DNA of 64,000 nucleotides from an uncultured Oscillospiraceae bacterium (GCA_964496795.1 CAZCAV010000005.1:1944-65943), one strand, 5' to 3'. Shown: positions 15,001 through 21,082, numbered from the stretch's first letter. Numbers and translations are program-made. The notes: generated from the sequence alone by a model not told the origin.

Positions 15001-15923
15001 AGGCCTCCGCGCCAAATCATGAGACCGTCGCCGGAAGCTTTACCATCGTCATTGGCGAAGCGGAGACAGCCGACACGAATGTGACTTCCATTGACGCGCT
15101 GATCAGCGAGTCCGAACTCGCCGGCGGCCTCGATGTCTGGCGTTTTCAGGGCGGGATCAGTTATGAAAACCTGGATCGTTTCAGAGAGCTCGATTACAGC
15201 GATGATTCCGATGACAGTGAGATCTGGTGCGCCGTTATGCACGGCAGCGGCTATGATGATGGCATTGAGCTTGTAATAGAGCAGATACAGAATCCCAATG
15301 AAACCGGACAAAACCGTCTGAAGCTGTACGGCGCGCCCTGTTCCTCTTATGCGAGCTACTCTCAGCAGCAGCTCGAGGGTCTGCTCGACGGGCTGGATCA
15401 GATCGCTGTCTTTGATATCTATCTGCAAAAAAGCGGCGTTAGAATCACAGAGTTCTCCGGTACATACTATGTGCTCATACTGTTGCCGAAGGAGATGCGC
15501 AGCGTTGAGGATTTCCAGATCGTCTATGAAAACAGCAACGGCAGCGTCGAGGTGTTCGAGACCCTGCGTGATGGAAACTACATCATGTTCTCAACAACCC
15601 ATTTCTCTGATTTTCAGATTCTTGGCCGCATGCCGTCTCAGATAAATCTCTGGCCGCTGATCATTCTTATGACGCTCATGCTGCTCATAGAGCTCTGCCT
15701 GTTTATCCGCATCAGGCGCAAACGGCAGGAAGAACGGTCTCAGGTCACCCTCAGAGCCTGCGCCCTGCCCGCGGCCTTGGCAGCCGTTCGCATCATTCCA
15801 AAATATGGCGTGCTCATTTGCATTATATTGGGCATCCTCGTGATCGCAGGGGGCGTGGTTCTGCTGTGCGCCGCACTTCGCGGCAAAACCGGGCGGCAAA
15901 AAACCGATCAGCGCGGCGCATAA
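1..15923 (+). CDS. Giant repetitive cell-surface (adhesin-like) protein, C-terminal >5,300 codons; 5' end lies outside the window
   Basis: ORF 99..15923 in the track. The same frame is open from nt 3. Nt 3-98 encode NYAIIPSGFSAANYTFAYQNGTLTVSP, the module-ending motif (NY.I.Y..GTLTV) that recurs more than ten times downstream, so the GTG at 99 is internal. Recurrent modules: K.YDGT (YDG-like), ITYGDAPAN..Y.GF (MBG-like), GYTF.GW (Listeria-Bacteroides/InlB-B-like) and Y.V.LYKG (FN3/Ig-like). Two hydrophobic helices at the extreme C-terminus. Confidence 0.85.
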   Translation, partial: NYAIIPSGFSAANYTFAYQNGTLTVSPIAVSSVDNISISLPQNSFQYSGSAITPAVTVTEGGVAMSEDDYTVSYSDNTNAGTATATVSFTRNFSGSLSGTFSITQASGTPTATLSNWVYGDTAAEPALSNNPSDGTVAWYYRAADEERDDAIAVQPTDAGSYLVYAVVATTTNYQEITTEDASFTISPRPITITAASTSWVYDGSAHSDVSYIQTGDFAGSDSFRSVSVTGSITDFGTAANVISYILASSTKDSNYSINAVNGTLSITKRPLTLPASYHWLTANPGTAAWVAVSRDNLTVSYEVKLYRVEANNQKNLVDTQTVSTGTQYDFSSAIKADCAEQGGAYSYCYTIQAQPAGGTAVENYVASAVSDDSSAVNTAYISVSGGTGLNAATIGGSSACYLIAGETASLSATVSSGYTFDEWSCSDSVITLSGASSAAASLSLSSTLASPADAISVSASATDSAPVIAAFTAANSTDLQSVTLNLQASDGVGVTAWAITQSAAAPAADASEWTSLTEPAASLNETLTVTAAGTYYAYVKDSAGSITGSDGSLSVYSVSFAAGSGGSGSMDSILKAQNTSVSLPASSFTQSGMAFLSWSGSTGLYSDQGSYAANASDTLTAQWTNEEFSYTVQYFYMGTDGSYAATPDDSGSFTALYDTEVSSSSAHIQSVLTGFSLDENKAGSITVSQNGLTLKVYYKRNSYTITYSYRIPGNSADTTSTSTFLFGAAVTEAAKPSQAGYTFVGWVYGEAGTAPSTMPASNINATGSFNSNSTTYTVVCYTQGLDGIYTLDPSLTDTKYASHAESLSFSTSDAVAVSGFTAAGVSVSYGVVGGTAASTSSSASGTASAIDSQGLYVNYYYTRNSYTLTLNVFQGLRDVSDNLKYTHSWTILYGQALTADDYSTYEQSTWTHSEGYELADYSDWSTDSAPTSMPAGDVVVTRDFVSTTESSYYVKIYYENAAAGTYTLQTTLLYYGNVGAQVTVGGSDSDTINYNSFSGYLPYFSYYVFSESNTSNVLSATVSNVNSGEDPVVLEVYFDRSVVSATITYYHNECDGTGNHAIATVTKTGRWGTTYDIAPLAYFYGASPAAENYFSAGYLASYSGYYYYEGWHWPNSKLTVAGDLSKTYTSTFGQSVSGVTNQNYVNVYYTKAVPETQYYLTVKYRPQALSAWTGTADLPLTVSVEGYSNPLEVRVANHAYVFDDSYTAASSGDYTAYPGAALLNGVWSVGALKSGFTEVVLNSVSYYTDGTYLYVLDSSNQFFMGNRVSYTAGDGSLIYTTVSAFLSDYQSNTAYASDARRSGAYVYNRGYSAIMYDNGTLTITFAYHEVYRIAYNMGGNTCYGSYYAYGTSISAVDYTDGSFPAKTGYSIVWYSDYSFATQASFPLTITGNATLYGRYEKSVVAGTDYVYYQLADPAVINGADVYYITESNRENSAVSSGMTSSTDSSNITSWFYNGALVMKVIPHSTLTFTVISLATSSYAQAGYHFDDTNTGNTLMGYCETTALNLRAYFARDTYALTVDPNNSAVSNTTVYECRFGQTVSIGAPTRDGYTFSGWAWQKWDAAENDGEGGYVTWDGGPSGSGTVSFTMPGIILKATAQWTPAEFNLTITHYFLTGGGAYDVSGLAALQGLTGAAGVISFNGSSVQGTLYSSGGSIVGASFESDGKILWFSASSATVDLTNLIAITQTVSCASEDEDNVSDNTISGYSQYSYALTLYQPGNTVETLGADDTYACVYGMSLSYYYTRGSFTVSAASKATDNLSASASITGSGSYVFGSAATLCITISQGYTFLGWYKASDVLEDGSLKSDISAYTALSGSPSYTFTVMSAVDAVAVIQPLAAAEPTVSVSASIAGDAYTLTYGYAASAANTLSASVALSGDAAAHTVVSGYQWLEDGVNISGATSSTFLIPTGKSVGSYSYTCKITLTRSDNGRSAEQTSEPYIVTVQKANMSVSASAYSGVYDGGGHTVSITVTAPSGSSDCTVYYSSTELSETNYASAGSTVNPAYTNVQLDASGSPKAYTVYYYIHDLTGNYSDATGSSTVLITPATLTLTTASAAFSKTYDGSSAVSGDLSDSSSDLYRLAHSTCYTIHGLMSGDSVSNYLVSCSATFNSRNVSTASSVTLSGLSLVNSDNTAQANYIFASDYTLLISGYITPLALDTVWSETRSFVYDGEEHAPGIALGSQSLPDTVTVSVTGAHVNEGSYTAYSVISTDDGTESSNYTITASSCSYTVTARPVAVSPTESTVGYDGQTHTLSIFSFTNGSLVSGHSYTAAANGSYINAGSYTITACDLLITDANGVDVTDNYTITYGSAALIITKRAVTFDGVTASNKSYDGTASVDLITANAVFAGIVEGDTLTLVASGSFDNANVGQNKKVTLSGLSLGGASAGNYSLNVDGSQKDTNAAITQAALSFTPSDLTVVYGESASFSGSYSGFAGSEDVTLANPNGSPSYLIRAAGSSGAFAAYTAATPAGVYDIKADVDNVSFGNYSADWSGISGRLTVSARPLSLTAAGSPTVTKVYDGTTAAASCVSGDDYVLGAVESDSSSGIITGDSVSLTFTAASFNSKDVSVANQVTLTGLGLSNANYTLSISSLDIPAAITQKALSIKADSQAVVYGSAAAFTASYTGFAANENATFLTGSIAFACSYDPEDAAHRGVGVYPITVSGLSSTNYAISFVNGENAGKITVSKAVITVTANDQSFTHGQSIPAYESSYTTAGYKYSDDSAVIPQTISCACAVTADSPAGTYPIIPVISDLTADNYSFSAVNGTMTKAKNIVTVSGVTVSGKVYDGTTKVDGSQIGTGSVAYSFSGNSQTTADGQNAGVSVTAVYASANVGASVGVTLNIELNAYLKARYYIFENGSQTQTATTTAPITQRVLTVSAADKTVSYGGVAPAYTVTYSNFAPNQSISSGSDVTGPVSYTCSYTSSSSAGSYTITPSGLASGGNYSFNYVSGTLTVTRSVLTAPVPVWDGAQPGSVTWNAVPGIGNVALSDYKLELYKGSTLVHTVSSTADTSFNAASVIRTNGAGAYTAKVTALASTENNTDYSNAADSAAGTTAALYAAKLTFVFSSDETTQAGDTSSISIKGGSSYVGIAGETGIGLAATLSNATGYTVSSCSAGSTAATITGSLSDASYTGAAALSSSLASADDITITLTLAARPATAVLTLAVANNGAKFSYTAAQAPVVTATVSVATGDNIAVGDYTYAYEWSLRTSPSSGFVTDTTQTDSSYDFPTGQRAYSAYQVQCRITATRTDNGLSRTVDTKATVVINKADLAPVLSLSGWTYGDSRGVPSVTGNLGSGAVTYYYAGSNTDEAAWNTAMPTDAGSYYVKMSIATSDDYNQYVMLSQSAVLFTISPNTLSVPTGLAFSEPTGVASWTAVDGISENNGSESASSVSVTYQVKLYKGSTLYKTYDATAGTEMDMSADISEIGSYSFTVTALSSNTSNCKSSVESSPCSLTNTNGNITAEGYTGNAYSKVYNGAAIVMSVVGVSGEVGYQWYKDGKVISGATASTLYVYDVLDSGLYCCDITSGSNQVGHSVYRTVAITKKALEITADNGEQIYNGQALNKESYTCTSNTGLAATDTLYSLTYTGSQTNVGSSSNIPSAAVIHRGAVDATANYAITYQSGTLTVTNAALTEVSVVQSGTLTYTGTAQAAAVSASATAVNAQTVSFRYCADEDGTYSSAVPSFMSAGTHRIYYQVSAPNHTTCAGFFDIVIGKAPLTVTANNKTITYGDAPANNGVSYDGFVNGQTAAVLTGTLAYSYTYAQNDSAGSYSITPGGYTEVNYAISYANGALTVQKATVAEPTIPSKVYTGGTLTAAVSNTARYNVTANAGGTSAGSYNVVLTLTDSTNYRWSSVNTAAVTLSFTITQAANVWTQTPAISGWTYGDSANAPTAVSKFGIWSVSYTGTVNDGTAYDSSAAPSQAGSYTAHFNVVQTSDYTGLTASCAFSIAKKALTVTAKDHVITYGDAPANNGVVYGGFAGSETASDLGGSLSYSYTYTRYGNVGEYLIPLSGLSSNNYTISCVDGKLTVSQKAITVRAEAKSKVYGTNEPALTYTVNAGGLLNEDTLSGSLTRDVGENVGQYAIGVGTLNNDNYAIDYTSAYLSITPAALTGAVQQSGTLTYTGAALTASLSSTVAAVNSQTIRYTYCKTQDGEYLASVPTFVSVNSYTVYYKASAPNHDVLSGSFTVTIQKATVTEPAISAKAYTGGTLTADISNAARYTVTANAGGIEKGTYDVVLTLVDSNNYRWSSVNTADVTLSFIISEAVNTWTQTPAISGWTYGQSASAPTAASKFGVWSVSYTGTENDGSPYNSGDAPSQAGSYTAHFSVPATANYPALTQNVDFTVAKAQLTVAANDHAVTYGDAPANHGVSCTGLVSGDTQSSLGGALSYQYTYHQNDPAGSYLITPSGLNEFNYVIAYVNGTLTVTNARLSNISVGQGAALTYTGTAQTAAVNASAASVNNQTVSFSYCASENGAYTSAVPSFMPAGRHRIYYKATAPNHTDSTGYFDITIQSATLTITAKNKTIVYGDAPANDGVSYSGFVNNETAAVLSGALRYAYSYTQYDDAGEYAIKPSGCTSSNYAIRYVDGALTVSKKAITVTAEAKSKEYGTAADPNLTYTVSANGLVNNDTLSGSLMRVAGEAIADYAILLGTLNHANYTITFVGALLSITKATLTVTADSQTITYGEAPTGFSVSYSGFVDGDDETALGGTLTCDCPYAQYGASGSYNITPGGYESSKYTFRYAAGTLTVQNAALTNVSAASDKSLVYNGAMQTAAVTASATAVNNQAVTYTYCATQSGAYSASVPAFKDAGEHRVYYIVAAPNHDAVSGSFVVTISKAALTITANDHAITYGDAPANNSVTYAGFKGADSRLNLGGTLSYTYNYKQNDAVGEYRITPYGYSDTNYTISYKAGTLTVQPAQLKDLRVTQSAALVFSGLPQIAAVSASAQSINSQPVSFVYSTSQSGAYSASVPAFTEAGEYTVYYKASAPNHETVAGSFTIVIGEAETADTNVTSIDALISESELAGGLDVWRFQGGISYENLDRFRELDYSDDSDDSEIWCAVMHGSGYDDGIELVIEQIQNPNETGQNRLKLYGAPCSSYASYSQQQLEGLLDGLDQIAVFDIYLQKSGVRITEFSGTYYVLILLPKEMRSVEDFQIVYENSNGSVEVFETLRDGNYIMFSTTHFSDFQILGRMPSQINLWPLIILMTLMLLIELCLFIRIRRKRQEERSQVTLRACALPAALAAVRIIPKYGVLICIILGILVIAGGVVLLCAALRGKTGRQKTDQRGA
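10920..15065 (+). repeat. In-frame higher-order tandem repeat array inside the giant CDS
   Basis: A module of the form ..A.L....Q.G.L.Y.G.AQ.AAV.ASA..VN.Q.V.F.Y... restarts at about nt 10920, 12357, 13320, 14295 and 14796. Spacings are 1437, 963, 975 and 501 nt, all multiples of 3. Each restart is followed by ITYGDAPAN-type MBG-like modules. Copies are clearly diverged at the nucleotide level. Confidence 0.8.
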
Positions 15924-15974
15924 AGCGCCTCGGACGTATTTACGGAGGGCTGGATCGCTTTTTCCGCACCCCTC

Positions 15975-16019
15975 AATGTAAAACAAGCGCACAGATTCGC
16001 CGTGAGGCTGTCTGTGCGC
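15975..16019 (-). terminator. Rho-independent terminator candidate downstream of rpoD
   Basis: Perfect 9-bp stem GCGCACAGA (15987-15995) / TCTGTGCGC (16011-16019) with a 15-nt loop. On the minus strand it is followed by TTGTTTTACATTG. Lies between the convergent giant CDS and rpoD. Confidence 0.6.
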
Positions 16020-16046
16020 TGTGCATTTGCGGTCATGGCAACCGGC

Positions 16047-17147
16047 TTATTCGAGAAAATCCTTAAGGCGTTTACTGCGGCTCGGATGGCGCAGCTTTCT
16101 GAGCGCCTTGGCCTCTATCTGCCGGATACGCTCGCGCGTAACGTTGAATTCCTTGCCCACTTCCTCAAGCGTGCGCGCCTTGCCGTCGTCAAGGCCGTAG
16201 CGCAGGCGCAATACCTTGGCTTCGCGCGGCGTCAGAGAATTGAGCACGTCCATAAGCTGTTCCTTGAGGAGCGTCACGGCCACGGCCTCCGCCGGCGCGG
16301 GCGCGTCGTCGTCCGGTATAAAATCGCCCAGATGCGAGTCGTCCTCTTCACCGATCGGCGTTTCCAACGACACCGGCTCCTGTGCAATTTTGATGATCTC
16401 GCGCACCTTTTCCTCGGAAATACCCATTTCGCGCGCGATCTCGTCCGGACGGGGATCGCGACCATATTCCTGCACAAGCTGACGATTGACGCGGATCAGT
16501 TTATTGATCGTCTCAACCATATGCACCGGAATACGGATGGTGCGCGCCTGATCGGCGATGGCGCGCGTAATGGCTTGACGTATCCACCAGGTCGCATAGG
16601 TCGAGAATTTATAGCCCTTGCGGTAATCAAACTTCTCCACGGCCTTGATCAAGCCCAGGTTCCCCTCCTGAATCAAATCCAGGAAAAGCATGCCGCGGCC
16701 GACATAGCGCTTGGCTATGGACACTACAAGACGCAGATTGGCCTCCGCCAGCTGCTGCTTGGCCTCCGGATCGCCCTCCGCCATACGCTGTGCGATCTCA
16801 ACCTCCTCAGTTGCGGTCAAAAGCGGCACCTTGCCAATCTCCTTGAGGTACATGCGCACAGGGTCGTCAATATTCACGCCCTCCGTGGTAGCCAGCACGG
16901 TCTCGATCTGTGCGATCTCTTCGTTGATATCCGCCGGCACTTCGATCTCTTCGACCACGTCGATATTCAGTTCCTCAATATGATCATAAATTTTCTCAAT
17001 CTGCTCCTGATCGAGTTCAAGCTCCTCGAGAGAATCCATGATCTCCTTGTAGGTCAGAACGCCTTTTGTCTTGCCCTTTTCCAGCAATTCATGGATCTTC
17101 TGGGCGCGGACGTCCTTGGACATGGCCTGCTGTGCCTTTTGTTCCAT
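16047..17147 (-). CDS. rpoD: RNA polymerase primary sigma factor (SigA/RpoD)
   Basis: 366 aa. Regions 1.2-4.2 are recognisable ([67 protein letters not shown]; C-terminal [30 protein letters not shown]). Sits downstream of dnaG. Confidence 0.97.
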   Translation of the reverse strand: MEQKAQQAMSKDVRAQKIHELLEKGKTKGVLTYKEIMDSLEELELDQEQIEKIYDHIEELNIDVVEEIEVPADINEEIAQIETVLATTEGVNIDDPVRMYLKEIGKVPLLTATEEVEIAQRMAEGDPEAKQQLAEANLRLVVSIAKRYVGRGMLFLDLIQEGNLGLIKAVEKFDYRKGYKFSTYATWWIRQAITRAIADQARTIRIPVHMVETINKLIRVNRQLVQEYGRDPRPDEIAREMGISEEKVREIIKIAQEPVSLETPIGEEDDSHLGDFIPDDDAPAPAEAVAVTLLKEQLMDVLNSLTPREAKVLRLRYGLDDGKARTLEEVGKEFNVTRERIRQIEAKALRKLRHPSRSKRLKDFLE

Positions 17148-17167
17148 ACTCCCCCGTTCCTTTCCTG

Positions 17168-18934
17168 TCAGCTCTTGCGCTGACGCGTCAGCTTCTGTAT
17201 CTCATTCAAAATATCCGCACGCGCGGCAGGCTCCATGCCTGCGTCGCTCAGGGAATTTGTAAGCTGCTGTATTCGTTCGTCCGTATCGCAGCGCCGTATC
17301 CTCCGCATGCAGTCCTGTGCGGCCTGGAGTGGATCCTGAAGCGCTGCGTCGTCTTTCATCACTGCCGACAGCATGCCCGCTTCTTCAGAATCCATGCCCG
17401 CCAGCGCCGCAGCGGCGTCCGGCTGACGACCCGCTTGATATTCCAGAATCAGCGTCTGAGCAAAGCGTTTGCAGGCCGGAACAGAAAACAGACTGTCCAG
17501 TTCCGGCTCCACTTCTTTGGCTGCCTGCTGAGACTGCAGTATGGCGCCAAGCAGCGCCTGCTCGGCGCGCACGCGCGGCGATTCCTGCTCGGGGCGGCGG
17601 CTGCGGCGGCTCCACGAAGGATCTTTAATGGCAGGCGTGTCCTGATCGGCAGGGCGGCTCGATGCGCCCTGTGTTTTCAGGGCCTCGGCGGTATATCCCG
17701 TTTTGCGTGCAAGCCGCTGATAATAGCGATCGCGTTCTATGGGCTGAAGTCCGGCAATAAAACGGCAGGCGGCCATGGCATATTGCTCACGCCCGTTCTC
17801 CGTGTCGAGCGCATAGCCCCGCGCCATGCTGTCAAGCTTAAAGGCATTGAGCGTCAGCGCGTCGTCCTTGAGCGCGTCAAAGGCCTCCTTGCCACGTCTG
17901 CGAATGAATTCGTCCGGATCGAGCCCGTCCGGAAAAGCGATGACCCGCACGGAAAGCCCCTCTGCAGATAGGATATCCAGTCCGCGGATAGTGGCATTCT
18001 GTCCGGCCGCATCGCCGTCATAGGCTATGTAGACCGTATCCACATAACGCTTGATCAAGCGCGCCTGCTGAACCGTCAGGGCCGTACCAAGACTGGCCAC
18101 GACATTTTGTACGCCGGCCTCGTACAGGCCGATTACATCCGTGTAGCCCTCCACCATGACAAGGTCTGTCAGGCGCTCCCCCTTCATCAGATGCAGGCCG
18201 TATAGGTTGTTGCGCTTATTGTAAAGCGGTGTGTCGCCTGTATTGATATATTTGGGTTTATCGTCGCCCAGCGTGCGCGCCCCGAAGCCGAGCACGCGGC
18301 CGTTTGTTCCGACGATGGGAAATATCAGGCGATTGCGGTAGGCGTCGTACACGCTGTTCTTCTGCGTATTGTGTACCAACAGACCTGCGTCAAGCAGCTC
18401 CTGCTGCGAAAAGCCCTCCCCTGTCAGCTTTGTTTTCAGCGCGTCCCAGGCGTTAGGCGCACAGCCAAGGCCAAAGCGCTTAACAGACTCGCCGGTGATA
18501 CCGCGTCCTGCCAAATATTCACGCGCCGCGCGCCCCTGCTCGGACAAGAGCGTTTCCATGTAAAAGCGCGCCGCCAGCTTCGCCGCCTCGTAGAGTCGCT
18601 CACGGTAGGCGCGCTGGCGCTGCACGGCAACGTCGTCCGTCTGCTCCGGCATCGCCATGCCTACGCGGTCTGCCAGCAGGCTGACCGCTTCCGGAAAGCT
18701 CAGGCGCTCCATATCCATCACAAACTGAATCACAGAGCCGCCGGCATGGCAGCCGAAGCAATAGAACAGCTGCTTGTCCGGAGAAACAGAAAAGGAAGCC
18801 GTTTTTTCGCCATGTAAGGGGCAAAGCCCCCATAGGCGCCGTCCCTTGGGCTTGAGCTCCATATACGAGGAGATCACGGACACGATATCGTTTTTTGCAA
18901 TCAGCTCCGACAGCCAGGTTTCCGGAAAAGCCAA
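17168..18934 (-). CDS. dnaG: DNA primase
   Basis: 588 aa. Zinc-finger [35 protein letters not shown] region VEGYTDVI...YDGDAAG. Classic dnaG-rpoD pairing. Confidence 0.97.
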   Translation of the reverse strand: MAFPETWLSELIAKNDIVSVISSYMELKPKGRRLWGLCPLHGEKTASFSVSPDKQLFYCFGCHAGGSVIQFVMDMERLSFPEAVSLLADRVGMAMPEQTDDVAVQRQRAYRERLYEAAKLAARFYMETLLSEQGRAAREYLAGRGITGESVKRFGLGCAPNAWDALKTKLTGEGFSQQELLDAGLLVHNTQKNSVYDAYRNRLIFPIVGTNGRVLGFGARTLGDDKPKYINTGDTPLYNKRNNLYGLHLMKGERLTDLVMVEGYTDVIGLYEAGVQNVVASLGTALTVQQARLIKRYVDTVYIAYDGDAAGQNATIRGLDILSAEGLSVRVIAFPDGLDPDEFIRRRGKEAFDALKDDALTLNAFKLDSMARGYALDTENGREQYAMAACRFIAGLQPIERDRYYQRLARKTGYTAEALKTQGASSRPADQDTPAIKDPSWSRRSRRPEQESPRVRAEQALLGAILQSQQAAKEVEPELDSLFSVPACKRFAQTLILEYQAGRQPDAAAALAGMDSEEAGMLSAVMKDDAALQDPLQAAQDCMRRIRRCDTDERIQQLTNSLSDAGMEPAARADILNEIQKLTRQRKS

Positions 18935-18993
18935 ATACGCATCCTCCCCAAATGGTCTCTTGTTTATTCGACAGAATTCTCAAAACTCCTGCA

Positions 18994-20001
18994 TCAACCC
19001 CAGGATTTAGGCACGAACAGGCGTTCATAATCGCGCACGGCATAATTATCGGTCATGCAGGCAATATAATCCGAAACAACGCGGTCGCGTCCGTCAGGCT
19101 CGATATTCGCCTGAAAATCCTGCGGCAGTTCATCCACATGCTCCATGTAGTAGCGAAACAGCTCCTCCACTACATGCTTGGCTTTGCTTTCTTCGCCCTT
19201 GGCTACGGGGTTCTTATATACATGCTCGAACATAAAATCACGCAGCGTCTCGAACTGTTCACGCACCGGCGCAGACATGGCGATCGTATCCCTGCCTGCG
19301 CTTTCATGTACAACGTCCAGTATCATCGTATTGATGCGTTCGCCGTGGCTCTCGCCGAGCACGCGCGTACATGCCTCCGGCAGGTCGCTCTGTATCAGTA
19401 CGCCCGCCCGCAGCGCGTCGTCGATATCATGGTTGATATAGGCGATACGGTCTGCAAGGGAAACGACCTTTCCTTCGAGAGTGCAGGGCCGGCCGCTTCT
19501 CTTGTGGTTCAATATACCGTCGCGCACCTCACAGCAAAGGTTCAGTCCGGCTCCCTCGTTTTCAAGCTTTTCGACCATGCGCAAGCTTTGTATGTTGTGC
19601 TCGAAGCCTCCGCTCACCAGACCGTTCAGCACATCCTCGCCGGAATGTCCAAAGGGCGTATGCCCCAGGTCATGACCCATGGATATGGCCTCCGTCAGAT
19701 CCTCGTTGAGGCGAAGCGCGCGGGAGATCGTGCGTGCAATCTGCGAGACCTCAAGCGTATGCGTCAGTCTTGTGCGATAATGGTCGCCCTGCGGCGATAA
19801 AAACACCTGGGTCTTATGCTTGAGCCGCCGAAACGATTTACAGTGTATGATCCGGTCGCGGTCGCGAATAAACTCCGTGCGCAGCGTGCACGGAGTGATC
19901 GGCTTTTCGCGGCCGCGCGTATTCTTTGACAGCATGGCAAATTCGGAAAGCGTTGTTTCTTCCAGCCATTCGGCATATTGCCGCGGACAGTTGAATTCCA
20001 T
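18994..20001 (-). CDS. dgt: dGTP triphosphohydrolase-like HD-domain protein
   Basis: 335 aa. Motifs FIRDRDRIIHCKSFRRLKHKTQVF, RTRLTHTLEVSQIAR and HDLGHTPFGH. Immediately upstream of dnaG. Confidence 0.85.
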   Translation of the reverse strand: MEFNCPRQYAEWLEETTLSEFAMLSKNTRGREKPITPCTLRTEFIRDRDRIIHCKSFRRLKHKTQVFLSPQGDHYRTRLTHTLEVSQIARTISRALRLNEDLTEAISMGHDLGHTPFGHSGEDVLNGLVSGGFEHNIQSLRMVEKLENEGAGLNLCCEVRDGILNHKRSGRPCTLEGKVVSLADRIAYINHDIDDALRAGVLIQSDLPEACTRVLGESHGERINTMILDVVHESAGRDTIAMSAPVREQFETLRDFMFEHVYKNPVAKGEESKAKHVVEELFRYYMEHVDELPQDFQANIEPDGRDRVVSDYIACMTDNYAVRDYERLFVPKSWG

Positions 20002-20162
20002 ATATACATTCCTCCGTCACTTTCCATATACGCCGTAATCCATGAAATTCCTTTTTTTTCGCACAAAAGCAATACCGCCGTGATCACTGGGCGTCTCATG
20101 TACGTTTCACAGCGCAGGATCGGATTACACAGATTTTACGGTGTGACAGGGCGCAAGCGGTT

Positions 20163-20840
20163 TCAGATCTCCTGACGGCTGAAGCTGCGGCGCCGGAGGT
20201 ATTCGGTCAGTTCGCGCACATTGGATACGATACGTTCCGGTTTTACGGTCTCCAGTTCTTCACTCGTTCCATATCCGTAGGCGACCGCTACACAGGGTAT
20301 CCCTTCTTGGCGTGCGCCAAGCACATCGTGTTCTCTATCGCCTACCATGACGGCCTGCCGCCGCTTGGCGAGCATTCCCATGCGATCAAGCACCTCCTCG
20401 ATCACCGCGGCCTTGCCGGTTCGTTTTTCGTCCATGGTGCTTCCGACAATCTCATCGAAGTACGCGCTGATGTGAAAATACTCCAGGATCTGCCTTACAA
20501 AAGGCTCCGGCTTTGAGGAGGCCACGCCGAGATGAAAGCTGTCTTGGCTCAGTCTTTCCAGCATCTCTTCAATCCCAGGATACAGCCGGTTTTCATAAAT
20601 GCCGCGAGTGGAATACCGTTCCCTGTAATAGGCGAGCGCCTTATGTGCCGTCGGCAGATCGAAGCCGGCATAGCTCATAAACTGCTCGATGAGCGGCGGC
20701 CCGATAAAGACACGCAGCTTATTCAAGTCCGGCTCGGGCCGTCCCAGCTCCCGCAGCGCGTATTGTACGGATTTCATGATTCCCTCTCCGGACTCCGTCA
20801 GCGTGCCGTCCAGATCGAACAGAATTGTTTTCATAGTCAT
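20163..20840 (-). CDS. HAD-superfamily phosphatase (phosphoglycolate phosphatase/5'-nucleotidase-like)
   Basis: 225 aa. HAD motif I ILFDLDGTL and C-terminal MVGDREHDV. The start may be the second ATG at 20834. Confidence 0.8.
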   Translation of the reverse strand: MTMKTILFDLDGTLTESGEGIMKSVQYALRELGRPEPDLNKLRVFIGPPLIEQFMSYAGFDLPTAHKALAYYRERYSTRGIYENRLYPGIEEMLERLSQDSFHLGVASSKPEPFVRQILEYFHISAYFDEIVGSTMDEKRTGKAAVIEEVLDRMGMLAKRRQAVMVGDREHDVLGARQEGIPCVAVAYGYGTSEELETVKPERIVSNVRELTEYLRRRSFSRQEI

Positions 20841-20916
20841 TCATCCCTTCCTGCGCAGCTTTTGGCGAATATGCGTCTAGATCATTTCAGCGTCAGGCAC
20901 GAATATTCCCGCATGA

Positions 20917-20961
20917 TATAAAAACAGCACGCGCAGACCTGTAAGTTCGTCTACGCGTGCT
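20917..20961 (-). terminator. Rho-independent terminator after tRNA-Ala
   Basis: Minus-strand read: AGCACGCGTAGAC-loop-GTCTGCGCGTGCT (8 + 4 bp stem with one mismatch), followed by GTTTTTATATC. Confidence 0.7.
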
Positions 20962-20963
20962 TC

Positions 20964-21039
20964 TGGTGGAGCATAGGAGACTCGAACTCCTGACATCCAC
21001 ACTGCCAGTGTGGCACTCTACCAACTGAGCTAATGCCCC
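20964..21039 (-). tRNA. tRNA-Ala (anticodon GGC), CCA encoded
   Basis: Minus-strand 76-mer GGGGCATTAGCTCAGTTGGTAGAGTGCCACACTGGCAGTGTGGATGTCAGGAGTTCGAGTCTCCTATGCTCCACCA. The 7-bp acceptor stem carries the G3:U70 alanine identity pair. Anticodon stem CCACA/TGTGG, loop CTGGCAG. T-arm AGGAG-TTCGAGT-CTCCT. Confidence 0.95.
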
Positions 21040-21052
21040 AAGCGCGATTTTT

Positions 21053-21082
21053 ATTATAAAACATTTAACAGTGGTTTGTAAA
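21053..21082 (-). promoter_or_regulatory. Sigma-A-type promoter candidate for tRNA-Ala
   Basis: Minus strand TTTACA (21082-21077), 18-nt spacer, TATAAT (21058-21053). The -10 ends 13 nt before the mature tRNA 5' end. Confidence 0.5.

Noticed and set aside
10920-15065. The periodic DNA repeats at first glance suggested a CRISPR-like array or a nested mobile element.
   Set aside because: The repeats are hundreds of nt long, diverged, all in one open reading frame, and encode recognisable protein modules. There are no short identical direct repeats with unique spacers, no cas genes, no transposase and no terminal inverted repeats.
5022-15428. Long antisense ORFs inside the giant gene: 5022..5912, 6327..7133, 10581..12134 (517 aa), 12225..12887, 12990..14009 and 14553..15428, all on the minus strand.
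   Set aside because: Every one is in the codon-aligned antisense frame. There a stop can arise only opposite sense TTA, CTA or TCA codons, which this GC-rich Ala/Gly/Thr/Ser-rich gene rarely uses. Their products are Arg/Gly/Ala-rich low-complexity strings with no RBS or recognisable motif. They are best explained as a by-product of sense codon bias.
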